Below are positions 51,491 through 64,000 of a stretch of DNA of 64,000 nucleotides, piece by piece (position 1 is the first letter of the stretch; each line of letters opens with the position of its first letter). The notes beneath the pieces were generated by a model. It ran no database searches, was not told the DNA's origin, and saw nothing but the letters and a program-made list of their open reading frames with translations. Source of the stretch: Octopus vulgaris (Eukaryota). The stretch lies in the NCBI GenBank assembly GCA_951406725.2, contig OX597820.1, positions 46,934,001-46,998,000 on the forward strand, written 5' to 3'. A program made the translations under genes and the position numbers.

Positions 51491-52776
51491 AAGTTTCTTC
51501 TTCTACCATGAAAAATTCTACTGCTTGTTATAGAGAAATTTATATAGCTTCTTCTAAGCAAATAACTCCAGAATGGTTTTTTTAAAAAGAAATTTACAAG
51601 TCCGTCCACGAGTGCTTGTGAATCGGTGATCGCGTCTACAAATGATGGTATGCGGGAATCTATTGCGAGTGAAAGCGACTCAGAAAACGATTATTATAAT
51701 TGTCATTCTTTTTACTTTACATAAAATATTCTTTACATTCTTCTGTTGTTTTATTGCCATTTACTTACGAGTATTATGAATTTTATAGGTAAAATATTTT
51801 TCTAGGAACGAATTACGATTTATAAAACTGCTACTATGGGAAATTATTGCTCTGCTTTACGAATTTTTGCTTTACGTGTTGTCTACGGGAACAAATTAAA
51901 CTCGTATATCGAAGCATTGCTCTATTTTCTAAAGCTCTTCAAGGGACAGCAGGTTTAGTTTATGCAAAAACTGCGCACATTTGCCACATATTAAACACAT
52001 TCCGTGCAAATGCTACAATGTACATGACAATCAATATTATTCATATTCACAGCAAAAGTCTTTGAAGAACAATATAATTTGCATAGAAACGAGGAGACAT
52101 TAACATATATTGGCCGGCTGAATTTTCAGTCTGTAATTTCAAATCATTTACATGTGTGTGTGTACGCGCTTATGGATGGGTGGATGGAAGGGTGGCCGGA
52201 TGGATATGCGCGCGCGCGCGCACACACACACACACACAAGTATCTTGACACATAAACGCATTTCGAAAAATTTTTACCATCTCTTTTAAGGTAACAGAAT
52301 CAAACTCTTTGTCTTTTGCTTTGCTAATGGCAAAGTCCGCAACAGTTTGCTTTATCCAAATTCTTAGATACCAGCATAAAACCGTAATTCAGAAAATCAA
52401 ACTAGCATTAAAGAGTTCATACTGTAGGCATTACTTCCCAACCACATGGTTCCAGCTTCAGTCCCACTGCGTGGCACTTTGGGCAAGTGTCTTCTGCAAT
52501 AGCCTCGGACCGACTAAAGCCTTTTGAGTGGATTTGGTAGACGGAAACTGGAAGAAGTCCGTCATGTGTGTGTGAGTGAGTGTGTGTGTGTGTGTGCTTA
52601 TATCTGTGTGTCTTTGTGTGTGTGTGTTTTTCCTCCGAACACACACACACCGCTTGACAACCGGTGTTAGTTTGTTTACGTCCCTGTAACATGGCGGTTC
52701 AAAACTCTTCATGGCGGTAACTCAGCATGGGCCACAGTCCATAGCTGAATCAAGTATATATATATATATATATATA

Positions 52777-53093
<317 letters not shown>

Positions 53094-53683
53094 AATATGT
53101 ATGTATGTATATATATATATATATATATATATGTACATGTGTGTGTGTGCGTGTGTGTACAGAGAGAGAAATGTTTTATAACTAGTTAACCGTTAGTATT
53201 ATTTAACAAACCGACACCAATGGAAAGAAGTTAAATTTTGAAACACATATGTAACACAGATAATCGTTTAATTTCATTATTCCACAACAATCAGATGATG
53301 TCTTACATTCTTTTCTTTCTGTTTCTCTCCATTTACATTTAACGAAACTCTATTTTTGGGAAGAATGAAGATATTTAAAGAAGTCTTATTTTTATTTGCC
53401 CGCAGTTGATATCATTAACCTCCACCCAAACTCCCGTACTCTTGTCTATCTTTGTAGTTTTTACTTCAACTGTCCTATATAAATTACAAACGCTATTATG
53501 TTGGAAAGATAAAATAGACTCGGGTAATGTATAAATAAAATATAAGGATAATTAAAGGTTTTAGATATGAATAGTCAAAATATAAATTCAAGGAGAGCAC
53601 ACGACATTTTTTCTTTGTTTTTTTTTTGTTTTCTACTTCGTTATGTTTACCCTATTCTTGTGTTCATGTAAACAATTGCGTAC

Positions 53684-53804
<121 letters not shown>

Positions 53805-54276
53805 TGAGAGAGAGAGAGTGAGAAAGAGAAAGATGAAGAGGCGGAAGTGAGAAACCGAATAAGGATATAATAAGTACGTTGTAGAGAAAATTCTTCTTTT
53901 ATTGAAACTGTCTCCTCTTTCAGAGAAGTAGGGACAATTTCAAGAATCAGGAATTTTCCAAAATTGATATATCGTTAAGGAAAAAAAAAATTCTGATTGT
54001 CTGGAGATAAGACAACAGTTGTGGAAACATGTTTTTGCTTTTATAAACATCATCAGCATAGCAATTGTATTTCTTGATGACCAACAAAACGAGACATTTA
54101 GACATATGCAAAAAGTGTAGGACACACTTATGGTCTAGGTAATTTGGATAAAAATAAAGAAAATGAGCGAAGAAAAATAATATGCTGTGGATAGTGGCGC
54201 GTATTTGAACAAGAAAAACAAATTAGAATATAATAAATAGTAGAATATAATAAATATATGCGCACGTATGTATGAG

Positions 54277-55132
54277 TGTGTGTGTGCGTATCCGTATACA
54301 CGCTCACGTGCATACCTAAGGTGATGAACTTAGAATAATCACTAATTAATTGAAACTAGAGCCGTAAAGGAGAGACAAAATCATTAGCGTTAATGAGAAT
54401 TCATCTCAAATATATCAACAGTGAAAACGTCTGAAATTAAATATATTGGCAGCTTCGGCTGAAGAGATTTAATAACAACGAAACGTATCAGGAGTTGTAT
54501 TTTATTGCTATTAAAGTCAGACTACTTTGTCTTCTACATGGTCTTGATTTATTGAAACTATCCCCGTTCCCAAGATAAAGAGAGAATAATCGCTAAGCGG
54601 TAATTGTGACCAATTCCAAATGGAAAGGGGAAACAATCTCAATAGTCAAAATTTCTCCAAAATTGAAATGTCATTAAAGTAAAAAAAAATTTATTATCTG
54701 GAGACAGCAGTTATTTTGCCTTATCGCACATACATACATACATACATACATACATACATACATACATACATACATACATACATACATACATACATGCACA
54801 CACAGCGTGGCTGTGTGGTAAGAAGCTTACTTCCCAACCACATGGTTCTGAGTTCAGTCCCAGTGCGTGACACCTTGGTCAAGTATCTTTTACTATAGCT
54901 TCAGGCCGACCAAAGCCTTGTGAGTGGATTTGGTAGAGGGAAACTGAAAGAAACCCGTAGTGTATATATTTATGTATATATACAAACGTGTCCAAATGGT
55001 TAATATTCTATTTATTTGTGCAGCTGATGATAGCACTGTATTTAAATTAATGTAATGATTGCATTGTTCAATTGAACAGAGTCGCTTGAAACGATCGTAC
55101 TGCGTCACTTCTTGATATCCTGTTGCTTATTT

Positions 55133-55192
<60 letters not shown>

Positions 55193-55819
55193 ATGTATGT
55201 GTGTATGTATGTGTATGTATGTATGTATGTATGTATGTATGTATGTATTTGTGCGTGTGTTTGTACCCCACGCCATCGCTTGACAACCAATGCTGATGTG
55301 TTGATGTATCCGTAAACTAGCGGTTCGGTAAAAGAAACCGTTAGAACAAGTACTATGATTACAAGAATAAGTCCTGGGGTCGATTTCTCCGACTAAAACC
55401 GTTTAAGGTGGTGCTCCAGCATGCGCACAGTCAAATGGCTGAAACAAGCAAAAGAGTAAAATAATAAAAGAATACATACATATTACATATATGCATATAC
55501 TTACGCACATACGTACACATGCGCATGCGCACACATATATTTACATATGTGTGTGTGTGTGCGTATCCGTATACACGCTCACGTGCATACCTAAGGTGAT
55601 GATCTCAGAATAATCTCTAATTAATTGAAACTAGAGCCGTAAAGGAGAGACAAAATCATTAGCGTTAATGAGAATTCATCTCAAATATATCAAGAGTGAA
55701 AACGTCTGAAATTAAATATATTGGCAGCTTCGGCTGAAGAGATTTAATAACAACGAAACGTATCAGGAGTTGTATTTTATTGCTATTAAAGTCAGACTAC
55801 TTTGTCTTCTACATGGTCG
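54277..55819 (+). repeat. ~270-bp near-identical direct repeat (54277-54543 and 55552-55818)
   Basis: Both copies start in a (TG)n tract and differ at only a few bases. Confidence 0.9.
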
Positions 55820-56844
55820 ATTGAAATGCTTTATTATATGGTCGATAAGAGTTTAGGAAATTCTCTTTATTCTCATCTTTTAAGATGAAATCTCACAAAT
55901 GGTAATATGCTTGGAATCTGAATGTACATAGAAAGATTAGTAATGAGGTTTTATAGAAAGCTTGCCGGAAGCTTGCATCCAGGAAGCTGATACATTAGAG
56001 GTTATTTTCTGAGATTTTTTTCACGGCTAAACAATGGCGGGGCTGATATGTGTGAAATAGTATCCCAGGCGTAGAAGCATAAGCAACGATACGAACCCAT
56101 AGAACACCACATACACATGTACACACAATAGCACACCATACAACGCATACGCAACGATAGCATATGCATAGTTTACAACACCTCAGCTCAGTACATCCTC
56201 TGTTATATAGTGGAATTACTGCGGAGGCGCAATGGCCCAGTGGTTAGGCCAGCGGACTCGCTGTCATAGGATCGCGATTTCGATTCCCAGACCGGGCGTT
56301 GTGAGTGTTTATTGAGCGAAAACACTTAAAGCTCCACGAGGTTACGGCAGGGAGTGGTGGCGACCCCTGCTGTACTCTCTCACTACAACTTTCTCTCACT
56401 CTTTCTTCCAGTTTTTGTTGTACCCGTTTTTCAAAGGGGCCAGCCTTGTCATACTCTGTGACACGCTGAATCTCCCGAGAACTACGTTAAGGGTACACGT
56501 ATCTGTGGAGTGCTCAGCCATTTGCACGTTAATTTCACGAGCAGGATGTTCCGTTGATTGGATTAAGTGGAACCCCCGTCGTCGTAACCGACGAGTGTTA
56601 TATTGCTACTTATCCCGCGGGAATCTGGGGTTCGTCTCCTCGCTGAGGAGTATATGAAACGAGCCAAACGCGAGAACTTCTATGCATTTTCAGGACCGTC
56701 AAAAAATAGCAGTCAAATCTCTCTCAAGCTTTCTCGATCTTGTCCGAGGACGTGTCCAATCCAGTTTCAGTGTCTGCGTCTTATTTCCTTGATCAACTGA
56801 TCCTGTTGATGCTCATCATCGTCTGAATATATATATATACACAC

Positions 56845-56959
56845 GCTTACGGCCATATCACTTTGAATGCACCGGTTCTCTTCCGATGTAAGTTAAGTAA
56901 CGTCAACCGTAGTTAGTACTTAGATGGGTGACCGCTTCTCAAAGCTAAGTGCAGCAAGC
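56845..56959 (+). pseudogene. 5S rRNA-derived sequence fused to a SINE body (to ~57110)
   Basis: gcttacggccatatcac..accggttctc.tccgat..aagttaag..gttagtacttagatgggtgaccgc aligns to animal 5S rRNA (boxes A and C), with substitutions and a deletion. Confidence 0.85.
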
Positions 56960-57964
56960 TGTAGCAATTCCCCACCGATGTCGACTTTGCCTTTCATCCT
57001 GTCGGGTCGATGAAATAAGTACCAGTTGAGCACTGGAGTCGATGTAATCGACTAACCCCTCCATCGAAATTTCTGGCCTGATTTGCAACCAAATTTCTGG
57101 CCAAAATTTGCGACCAATTTATATGTATATACACAATGATCCATCACATGGTCGATCAAGTAAACGTTTTGACTCGTTAGATTAGCGAATAAGTGGTCGA
57201 GTATCCCGCATTCACTTGCAGTCTGAACGTAAGTCACAAACCAAATCAGTGTGACAGAAGATATGTCACGTTTAGACCTTTGAATTACGGTTACAATCCA
57301 CCCGATGGGATTCGAAATAGCTTCCGTCCCTACACTTTCACTCACAAAGGTTTTGGGTCCTCCCCTGCAGCTGTAGTAAATACATATAACCAAGGTGCCA
57401 CACATGACAGTGAACCCGGGATATTATGATTGAGGATCGAACTTCTTATCTGATCAGCCATGTCTGCGTCAGCATAATTAGTTAAGGATAAACACAATGA
57501 AAAATACGTAGTGCGTTAAGAAACTTGCTTCCCAAACACAAGGTTCCAGGTTCAGTCACACTGCGTGGCACCTTCGGCAAGTGTCTTCTACTATAGCCTT
57601 GGGCCGATCAAAGTCTTGTGAGTGGATTTGCTAGATGGAAACTGAAAGAAGTCCGTCGTATTATCATGTTGAACCGTTAATCCCTACACATTTTTTCTTT
57701 CTTCGTTTTTTTTTTTTCGTTCACCCTCCGTTTTTTCCTCTCAGTCCTTTCTGTCGAAGAGCGTAGACTCGAAACGTCAGACTTTTCCTTTCTTCCCGAG
57801 CGTTAAACTAATACATCTGCTTGTTGTTCCTTCACCTGTCTTCGTTTTTTGGTTTCTGTAAATTTGAACTAAATATTTATAGTTCACACACACATACACA
57901 CACCCACACACATACACACACACACATACACACGCACGTACACACACACACACACACACACGAA

Positions 57965-58035
<71 letters not shown>

Positions 58036-58870
58036 AATAAAATAAAACATATATATATATAAACATATATGTACGTACCTACCTCTACATGTACATATAC
58101 ACGCATATATGAGTACAGGACACCAAAAGGACGTCGAACACAATGAGAAACGAAAACATAAACACAAACCAAAGGAACTGGACATTTTTTTAACAACAAA
58201 AAAAATAGAGTACAGGACAATTAACACAAAGAAAAAAAGCCTTCTTCAGTCGCTATGGTTTCATCTACTCTACGTTTCGAAGGATAAAAGCGAGACGTAT
58301 CTTCGACAAGAAACTTTCCTTCCTGCGAAAAGCAAATCAATTAAAATTCTGAGATCTTTTCGCAGAGGGGTAAAAAATGGTAACAAAAACAGGACAGTAA
58401 CGACAGTACAAATTATAAACAGTAAAAGACAGGACAAGGAAAAACAAGATAAGAAGGGCTGTTAACGCCGAACGAAAAAAAGTATTGCGAACGCGGATTT
58501 TTTTATGAACGACGAGCGGAGCAAAAAGAATTGTCGTCCATACCTTGAGAGGGCCAGGCCAGAAAGACAGCAGCGGAAGTCTCGTCGCGGGTCAACGACG
58601 GGAAGGGGAGAAGGAGCAAGAGAAAGGGAGAGGAGAAGGGGAATGGCTGCGAGGAAACCATGAAGAATGGAGAGGGGGAGAGAGAGAGTGAAGAATGAGA
58701 GAGAGGAAGAGACAAGTTAAGTAGAGGAAAAGGAAATCAAAGAATGAAGGCTGAGAAAAGGATGGGACAGAAAGGTTAAGAGTGCGCATCAAAGTTAATA
58801 TCAAGAACAAAACTTGATATAAAGAATAATCTTACTTAAAAGGGATGCGTGCGTTTTGTCATATAATATA

Positions 58871-59255
58871 TCTCTCTCTATATAAACGGCAGTTTGTCTG
58901 TGCGTTTTCTGTGTGTCTGTTTTCTCGTACCCTCACTCTGACCACGGCTTTCAACCGATTCTGATGAAACTTGACACACACATAGCCCAATGTCATAATT
59001 CAAAACTAACGCAGCGAAAATTTTGAAAAGTTCCCCCAGTTCTGAAAAACATCGATAAATTCGACATGGAGTCGAGAATCAGAAACCCAAACCGCAGACC
59101 GTCTAGGGGACGCAACTCCACCTTTTTTAACTCTCAAAAAAAATTTACCATCATTTTTTTTTCCATTGTTTTGCTATTTTTGGGCTATAACTCTCTAAAA
59201 ATGCTTTATAGTTATTTCCCTTACAAACCTGAGCAACGCCGGGCGATACTGCTAG
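58871..59255 (+). mobile_element. Non-autonomous Helitron
   Basis: 5' TC, 3' GC-rich subterminal hairpin plus CTAG, inserted between A and T. Confidence 0.75.
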
Positions 59256-59594
59256 TTAATAAATAAAATAAAACATATGCATATATATAAACATATATGT
59301 ATGTACCTACCTATGCATGCGTGTGTGTGAGTCCGTCCTTCTGTCTGTTTGTCTCCTACCACTGCTTGACAACCAGTATTGGTGTGTTTACGGCCCTCGT
59401 AACTTAGCGCTTCGGAAAAAGTGACCGACAGAATAAGTACAGGGCATAGAAAAAAGATACTAGAGTCGATTCATTCGACTAAAAATTCTTCAAAGCGGTG
59501 CCCCAGCATGGCTGCAGTCTAATTACTGAAACGAGTAAAAGATAAAAGACTACATACATGCACACTCATAACATCACATCTTTCAACACGTTTG

Positions 59595-59655
<61 letters not shown>

Positions 59656-59907
59656 TGTGTGTTTATATATATGTGTATGTATATATATGTATATGTATAT
59701 ATATATGTATGTATATATATATATGTGTGTGTGTATATATATATATATATATACACACGCATAACCCCCCCTCTCTCACTCTCTCACACATACATATACA
59801 TTCTTATACACATGCACATAATCATTATCAGTCATATCTAAGTACTACTACAGCACCCAACCATTACCACATACATAGATACATGCACACATACATACAC
59901 ACGCATA

Positions 59908-59951
<44 letters not shown>

Positions 59952-60544
59952 CACACACAAGCAGCTATACCTACCCGAGGTATTATACCATGAATGTCAA
60001 GTTAGTAAGAGAAATATAGGACACGCGAGAGAGTAAGGCAGCAGACGCCTCCACAAAGTTGGTATTTCATGATAAAGTTCTTTAAGAAGAAAAAAATAAA
60101 AGAAGAAAAAAAAAACAGAAAATCAAATCAAATATAAAAAACATATATAAAATGTCCGTGGAATTTCAGTCGACTTGTGTGCGACCAGAGTATAGAATTA
60201 TATTTTTAAAACTAGTCTTTCAGCAGGAGTTCCTCCCTCTAACTGTAAAGCAGCGAAGAACAGCAAACAAGCACTTCAATAATGAAGAAATAATCTTGTT
60301 CCCCGCCCCTTTTCAAAGCGATAAGACAGCTCGATGTTGGGCGCCTATTTATATAGAGATGCCATTATCTATTATATATGTATATATATAATTGGTTACT
60401 CATTTGCCCTTTTAGTGCTTCCAGTCACTATATAGGCATCTTCGTGTTACGGCTATCTCGGGTTACGGGGATTTCGCGCCTACGGAAGTTTGATCAGTAA
60501 TTTCGGAATACGCAACTTTAGGAGGAGAGGATCAGTCGATTACA

Positions 60545-60685
60545 GAATAACTCTCTTCTCATACGAGGGAGGCAAATCCCTAGTCTGGGACGTGACGTGC
60601 TGTGACACGTTCTTCGGCTCCAACCTTGCTGCATCGGCCGCAAACCCGGGTATCACTATTCGTTACGTAGAGGAGAGGAAAATGA
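60545..60685 (+). mobile_element. CRE-clade LINE endonuclease fragment
   Basis: GKSLVWDVTCCDT..EERK peptide. Confidence 0.6.
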
Positions 60686-60922
60686 ATTATTTTTTTTCTG
60701 TCGATAATTTTTTCTTTTAATCGGGGGGTTGCTGAAAAGTTCCTGGCTTGAAGGGTACTGTGAAAGGCCCACTTGAAGGCTCAACCTTCCGAGATCTTTT
60801 ACAGAGCTTAGAAAAACTGAAGGGCCTCTACATTAAGTGAGGGGTGAATATATTAAATAAAATCGTAACTGATCCTCCTGTATTTTCTTTTACCCAAAGC
60901 CAGGAACTTTTCACCACTCCTC

Positions 60923-60953
<31 letters not shown>

Positions 60954-61121
60954 TGTATGTATGTATGTATGTATGTATGTATGTATGTATGTATGTATTA
61001 TGTATATATATATATATACATATATATATATGTAGGGGGAGAATTCACAATAAAAAGACGAAGACAGTTGGTGTAGACAACAAACAGATGTATTAGTTTA
61101 ACGCTCGTGAAGTGAAAAAGT

Positions 61122-61157
61122 CTTTAACGTTTCGAGCCTACGCTCTTCCACAGAAAG
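61122..61157 (-). ncRNA. Minimal hammerhead-like motif with CUGUGGA core
   Basis: CTTT-CTGTGGA-A-GAGC-gtag-GCTC-GAAA-CG-TT-AAAG; stems I and II perfect. Confidence 0.6.
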
Positions 61158-61204
61158 GAAGACTGAAAGAAACAGAGCGAGAAAATAAAGAATGTGTAGT
61201 GGTT

Positions 61205-62615
61205 GCCAGACGTCTGAGCTCCAATGTGTCCATGCCCATGGAAGCAAGACGTTCAGAGTGTGTTAGATGCCTGATGGTGGGTATTCGTTTTGTCGCACGT
61301 ACCTGAACAGTTTCCAGGAGATTTATATGCTGAGAAAGATAGGGGTTTCCATAATGGTGATGCAAATTCTAAGTGCGGACGTACCATCGTCATATATATT
61401 TTAAATAGAAAGCTATAGAGCGGCTGACAAATGTCTTACTGAACGATGCTAGGACACCCTCAGCCTTCTTGACAATCTTAGAGATGTGGTTTGCCCAACG
61501 CAGATAGCTGTTTACAATAATACCCAAATTACGTTCAGTGGAAGACTTCTTGAGATTGGTGTTGTTGATGGAATATGCAAAGGCTAGATTTTTCTTCCCA
61601 AAGTGCATGGTGATGCTCTTGTCCATAGCTAGCTTGAGTTGCCAGTCAGAAACCCATTGCTACATTGTGTCCCGGTCTGATTGTAGGAAAGATCTATAGC
61701 GCATAGGATCTGTTCTTTTTATCTCGCGGTACAGCTTGATGTCATCTGCATATTTCAACACTGTAACATTCCTCAAGTTGGCATCTATGTCATTAATATA
61801 TGCAACAAACAGTAGGAGTCCAAGAATAGATCCCTGTGGCACGCAAGAAGTCATCTCGTAAGGTGGAGATGGTGTGCAAGAACCGTAAATACCTCTATCC
61901 GACCGAGAATGAAGGATTTCAGCCAGTAATTGAGATCATCTTTCACACACATTGCAGAGAGTTTTGCCATGAGTTGTTTGTGTGGCACAGAATTGAAGGC
62001 TTTAGCAAAGTTAAGGTTGATAACATTTCTCAATGAACCACCATCATTAACTCGGGTGATGTTCTCAAGAAACTCGATGAGTCGGCTACAGCCATTGGAG
62101 TTAGTAATCCAAATCCAAATTGTGAGGGTCGAACATGGTTGCGAGGTCTCCAAAAGTTCCAGAGTGTTTCTCTGACACAGAACTCCATCAGTTTGGCGAT
62201 GCAGCTAGTAAGGTTGACTGGAAGGTGATGTGCGATCAGTTTTATTTTATTATTTTTTTAACAGAGGAACAGCACTGTCACTTTTCCAGTGTTCTAGAGC
62301 GACACAGTTGTTAAGGCAGAATTGAAAGTAAAAGGGAAGCTGGTGCAAAAGCAAGAACCCGCTACGTATGAGAAGCAAACGAGTAACATCCATCAAGACC
62401 AGGAGAGGCATAGTTGCGCTTATTCTTGAGGTGGCGTCGTAGAATTGCGGGTGTAGATTTCGCACATGCTATGGAATTCGATGTCAGAGTTGGTGAAGAA
62501 GGTACATTTGGATTTTCAACCGTAAAAATGCCAGCATAGCGTTCAGCAATAAGCTCAGCACATTTCTTGGGATCATCACTGATCTGGTCTGTGTGGGGAC
62601 TGTAAAGAGGGTCAA

Positions 62616-62617
<2 letters not shown>
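61205..62617 (-). mobile_element. Decayed CR1-type LINE RT fragment
   Basis: NFAKAFNSVPH, VPQGSILGLLLF, KYADDIKL and LETVQVRATK motifs with frameshifts. Confidence 0.92.
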
Positions 62618-62707
<90 letters not shown>

Positions 62708-63182
62708 AGCTTCTTTCAGTTTCCGTCTTCCAAATACACTCAAGCTTTTGGTCGGTCCGAGGCCATAGCAGAAGACTCTTTCCCAAGATATCATGCGGTA
62801 GGGGCTGAACCCAGAAACCATATAGTTGGGAAGCCACGCCTATAATTATTGCACTTAAATTTTAACAATAAAATTTCACATGGACCCCGGTTGAAAAAAA
62901 CTACTCCGCTACTATAATATTAGGTTCGAGAAGATCCATATTAATGTCTTGAAAAACATGATATTCATCATTTTGTTAAACACAAAAATGATACATAAAA
63001 CAAAGCGAGCAACAGATTTCTATATATTTTGTTAGATTTTTAACAGTAAAACTTTTGCCTTAACTTTCCACGCAAGATGCGCCAGAAAATTTTTTGTTTG
63101 ATGCGAAGTACGTTAGTAATATTTTTCCTGTGCCAAGAACTCCAAAAAGATTGAGAATGTATGTGTGAGTGTGTGTATATAC

Positions 63183-63217
<35 letters not shown>

Positions 63218-64000
63218 TACACACACACATACACACACACATATATTCATACATACATACATACGTACGTACATACATACATAGAGAGAGAGAGGCTGAG
63301 AGACAGAGATTGGGGAGAAAGGCGTGGAGAGAAGCATCAGTTGATAAACACACCAGAGAATTCCACCGGCATGCGCGCGCGCAACACACACATACACACA
63401 TGCAAGCACGCACACAACTGGAAGATTAGCTTTGGACGATTTATTAATGCCAAAATATAGGCGAAAAAACAACACGTAGAAATAGCAGACGTGAAATAAA
63501 CTACGAAAGAATTGTGGGGTTAACAATAAAACAGTTATAAATCGACCATGATGATTTTATCAGTTACGACATCGTTTCCATGACACCTTACTACCGAGTA
63601 AAAGAAAAAAAATATGCGCCATTCATCCCTTCATTCAGAAGGTGAGTCGGAGAAGTCATTGAAACCTTAAAATGCATAAGAATGTGACTACTTCAGTAAA
63701 ACATAACGAATTAATAAATATCTTTTATCTTTTGTGTTTTTATTTGTTTCTGTCTTTGGATTGCGGCCATGCTGGGGCACCGCCTTGAAAGGTTTAGTTA
63801 AACAAATCGACCCCAGTATATTAAAAAAAAAATCAAGTGTGGTATATATCTTTTAGAAGTCGTTTTCGTTTGCCGAACCACTAAGTATCTGGGACGTAAA
63901 CAAAGCAATACCAGTCATCAAGTGGTGGTGGTTGTGGTGGTGGTGGAGACAGATAAAAACACAAAGGTACACACACATGCAAATATATACGACGGACTTC

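Larger units (their letters stand above)
50578..51922. mobile_element. Old pogo/Tigger-like element hosting nested CR1 and PLE fragments
   Basis: Degenerate TIRs cagtaatacctcactttacgagttt / aaactcgtatatcgaagcattgctc, TA flanks. Confidence 0.5.

Noticed and set aside
56845-56959. Functional 5S rRNA gene
   Set aside because: Internal deletion, diverged 3' stem, no oligo-T terminator, not in an array.
58235-58315. Possible hammerhead on the minus strand (TTGTCGA..GAAACGTA; downstream CTGAAGA)
   Set aside because: Could not form convincing stems I and II in either topology; probably a PLE-type remnant but unsupported.

Overview
Eukaryotic, AT- and microsatellite-rich DNA, most likely an octopus (inferred from the repeat families; not provable from this window). 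There is one host gene, a complete 11-exon DNAJC3/P58IPK (ER TPR + J-domain co-chaperone; + strand, ATG 185, stop 40765, 488 aa), with an ERSE-like element in its promoter. Exons 8-10 occur twice, inside a ~6 kb block repeated across a 100-N gap, which is most likely two haplotypes assembled in tandem. The rest is mostly transposon debris: RTE LINEs with a PHD finger, CR1, Dong/R4 and CRE fragments, Penelope-like elements (PLEs), mariners, MITEs, a Helitron, a solo LTR, several SINE families and a 5S-headed SINE-like chimera. The strongest signal is a set of fold-back palindromes embedded in (TA)n tracts and built from PLE-type minimal hammerhead ribozyme (HHR) modules, whose cores show C3-G8, G3-C8 and U3-A8 variants. 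One 140-bp palindrome (27311-27604) has 31 G.T versus 2 A.C appositions between its arms. That is the pattern expected if an ADAR-hyperedited dsRNA was reverse-transcribed back into the genome. All alignments were done by eye.
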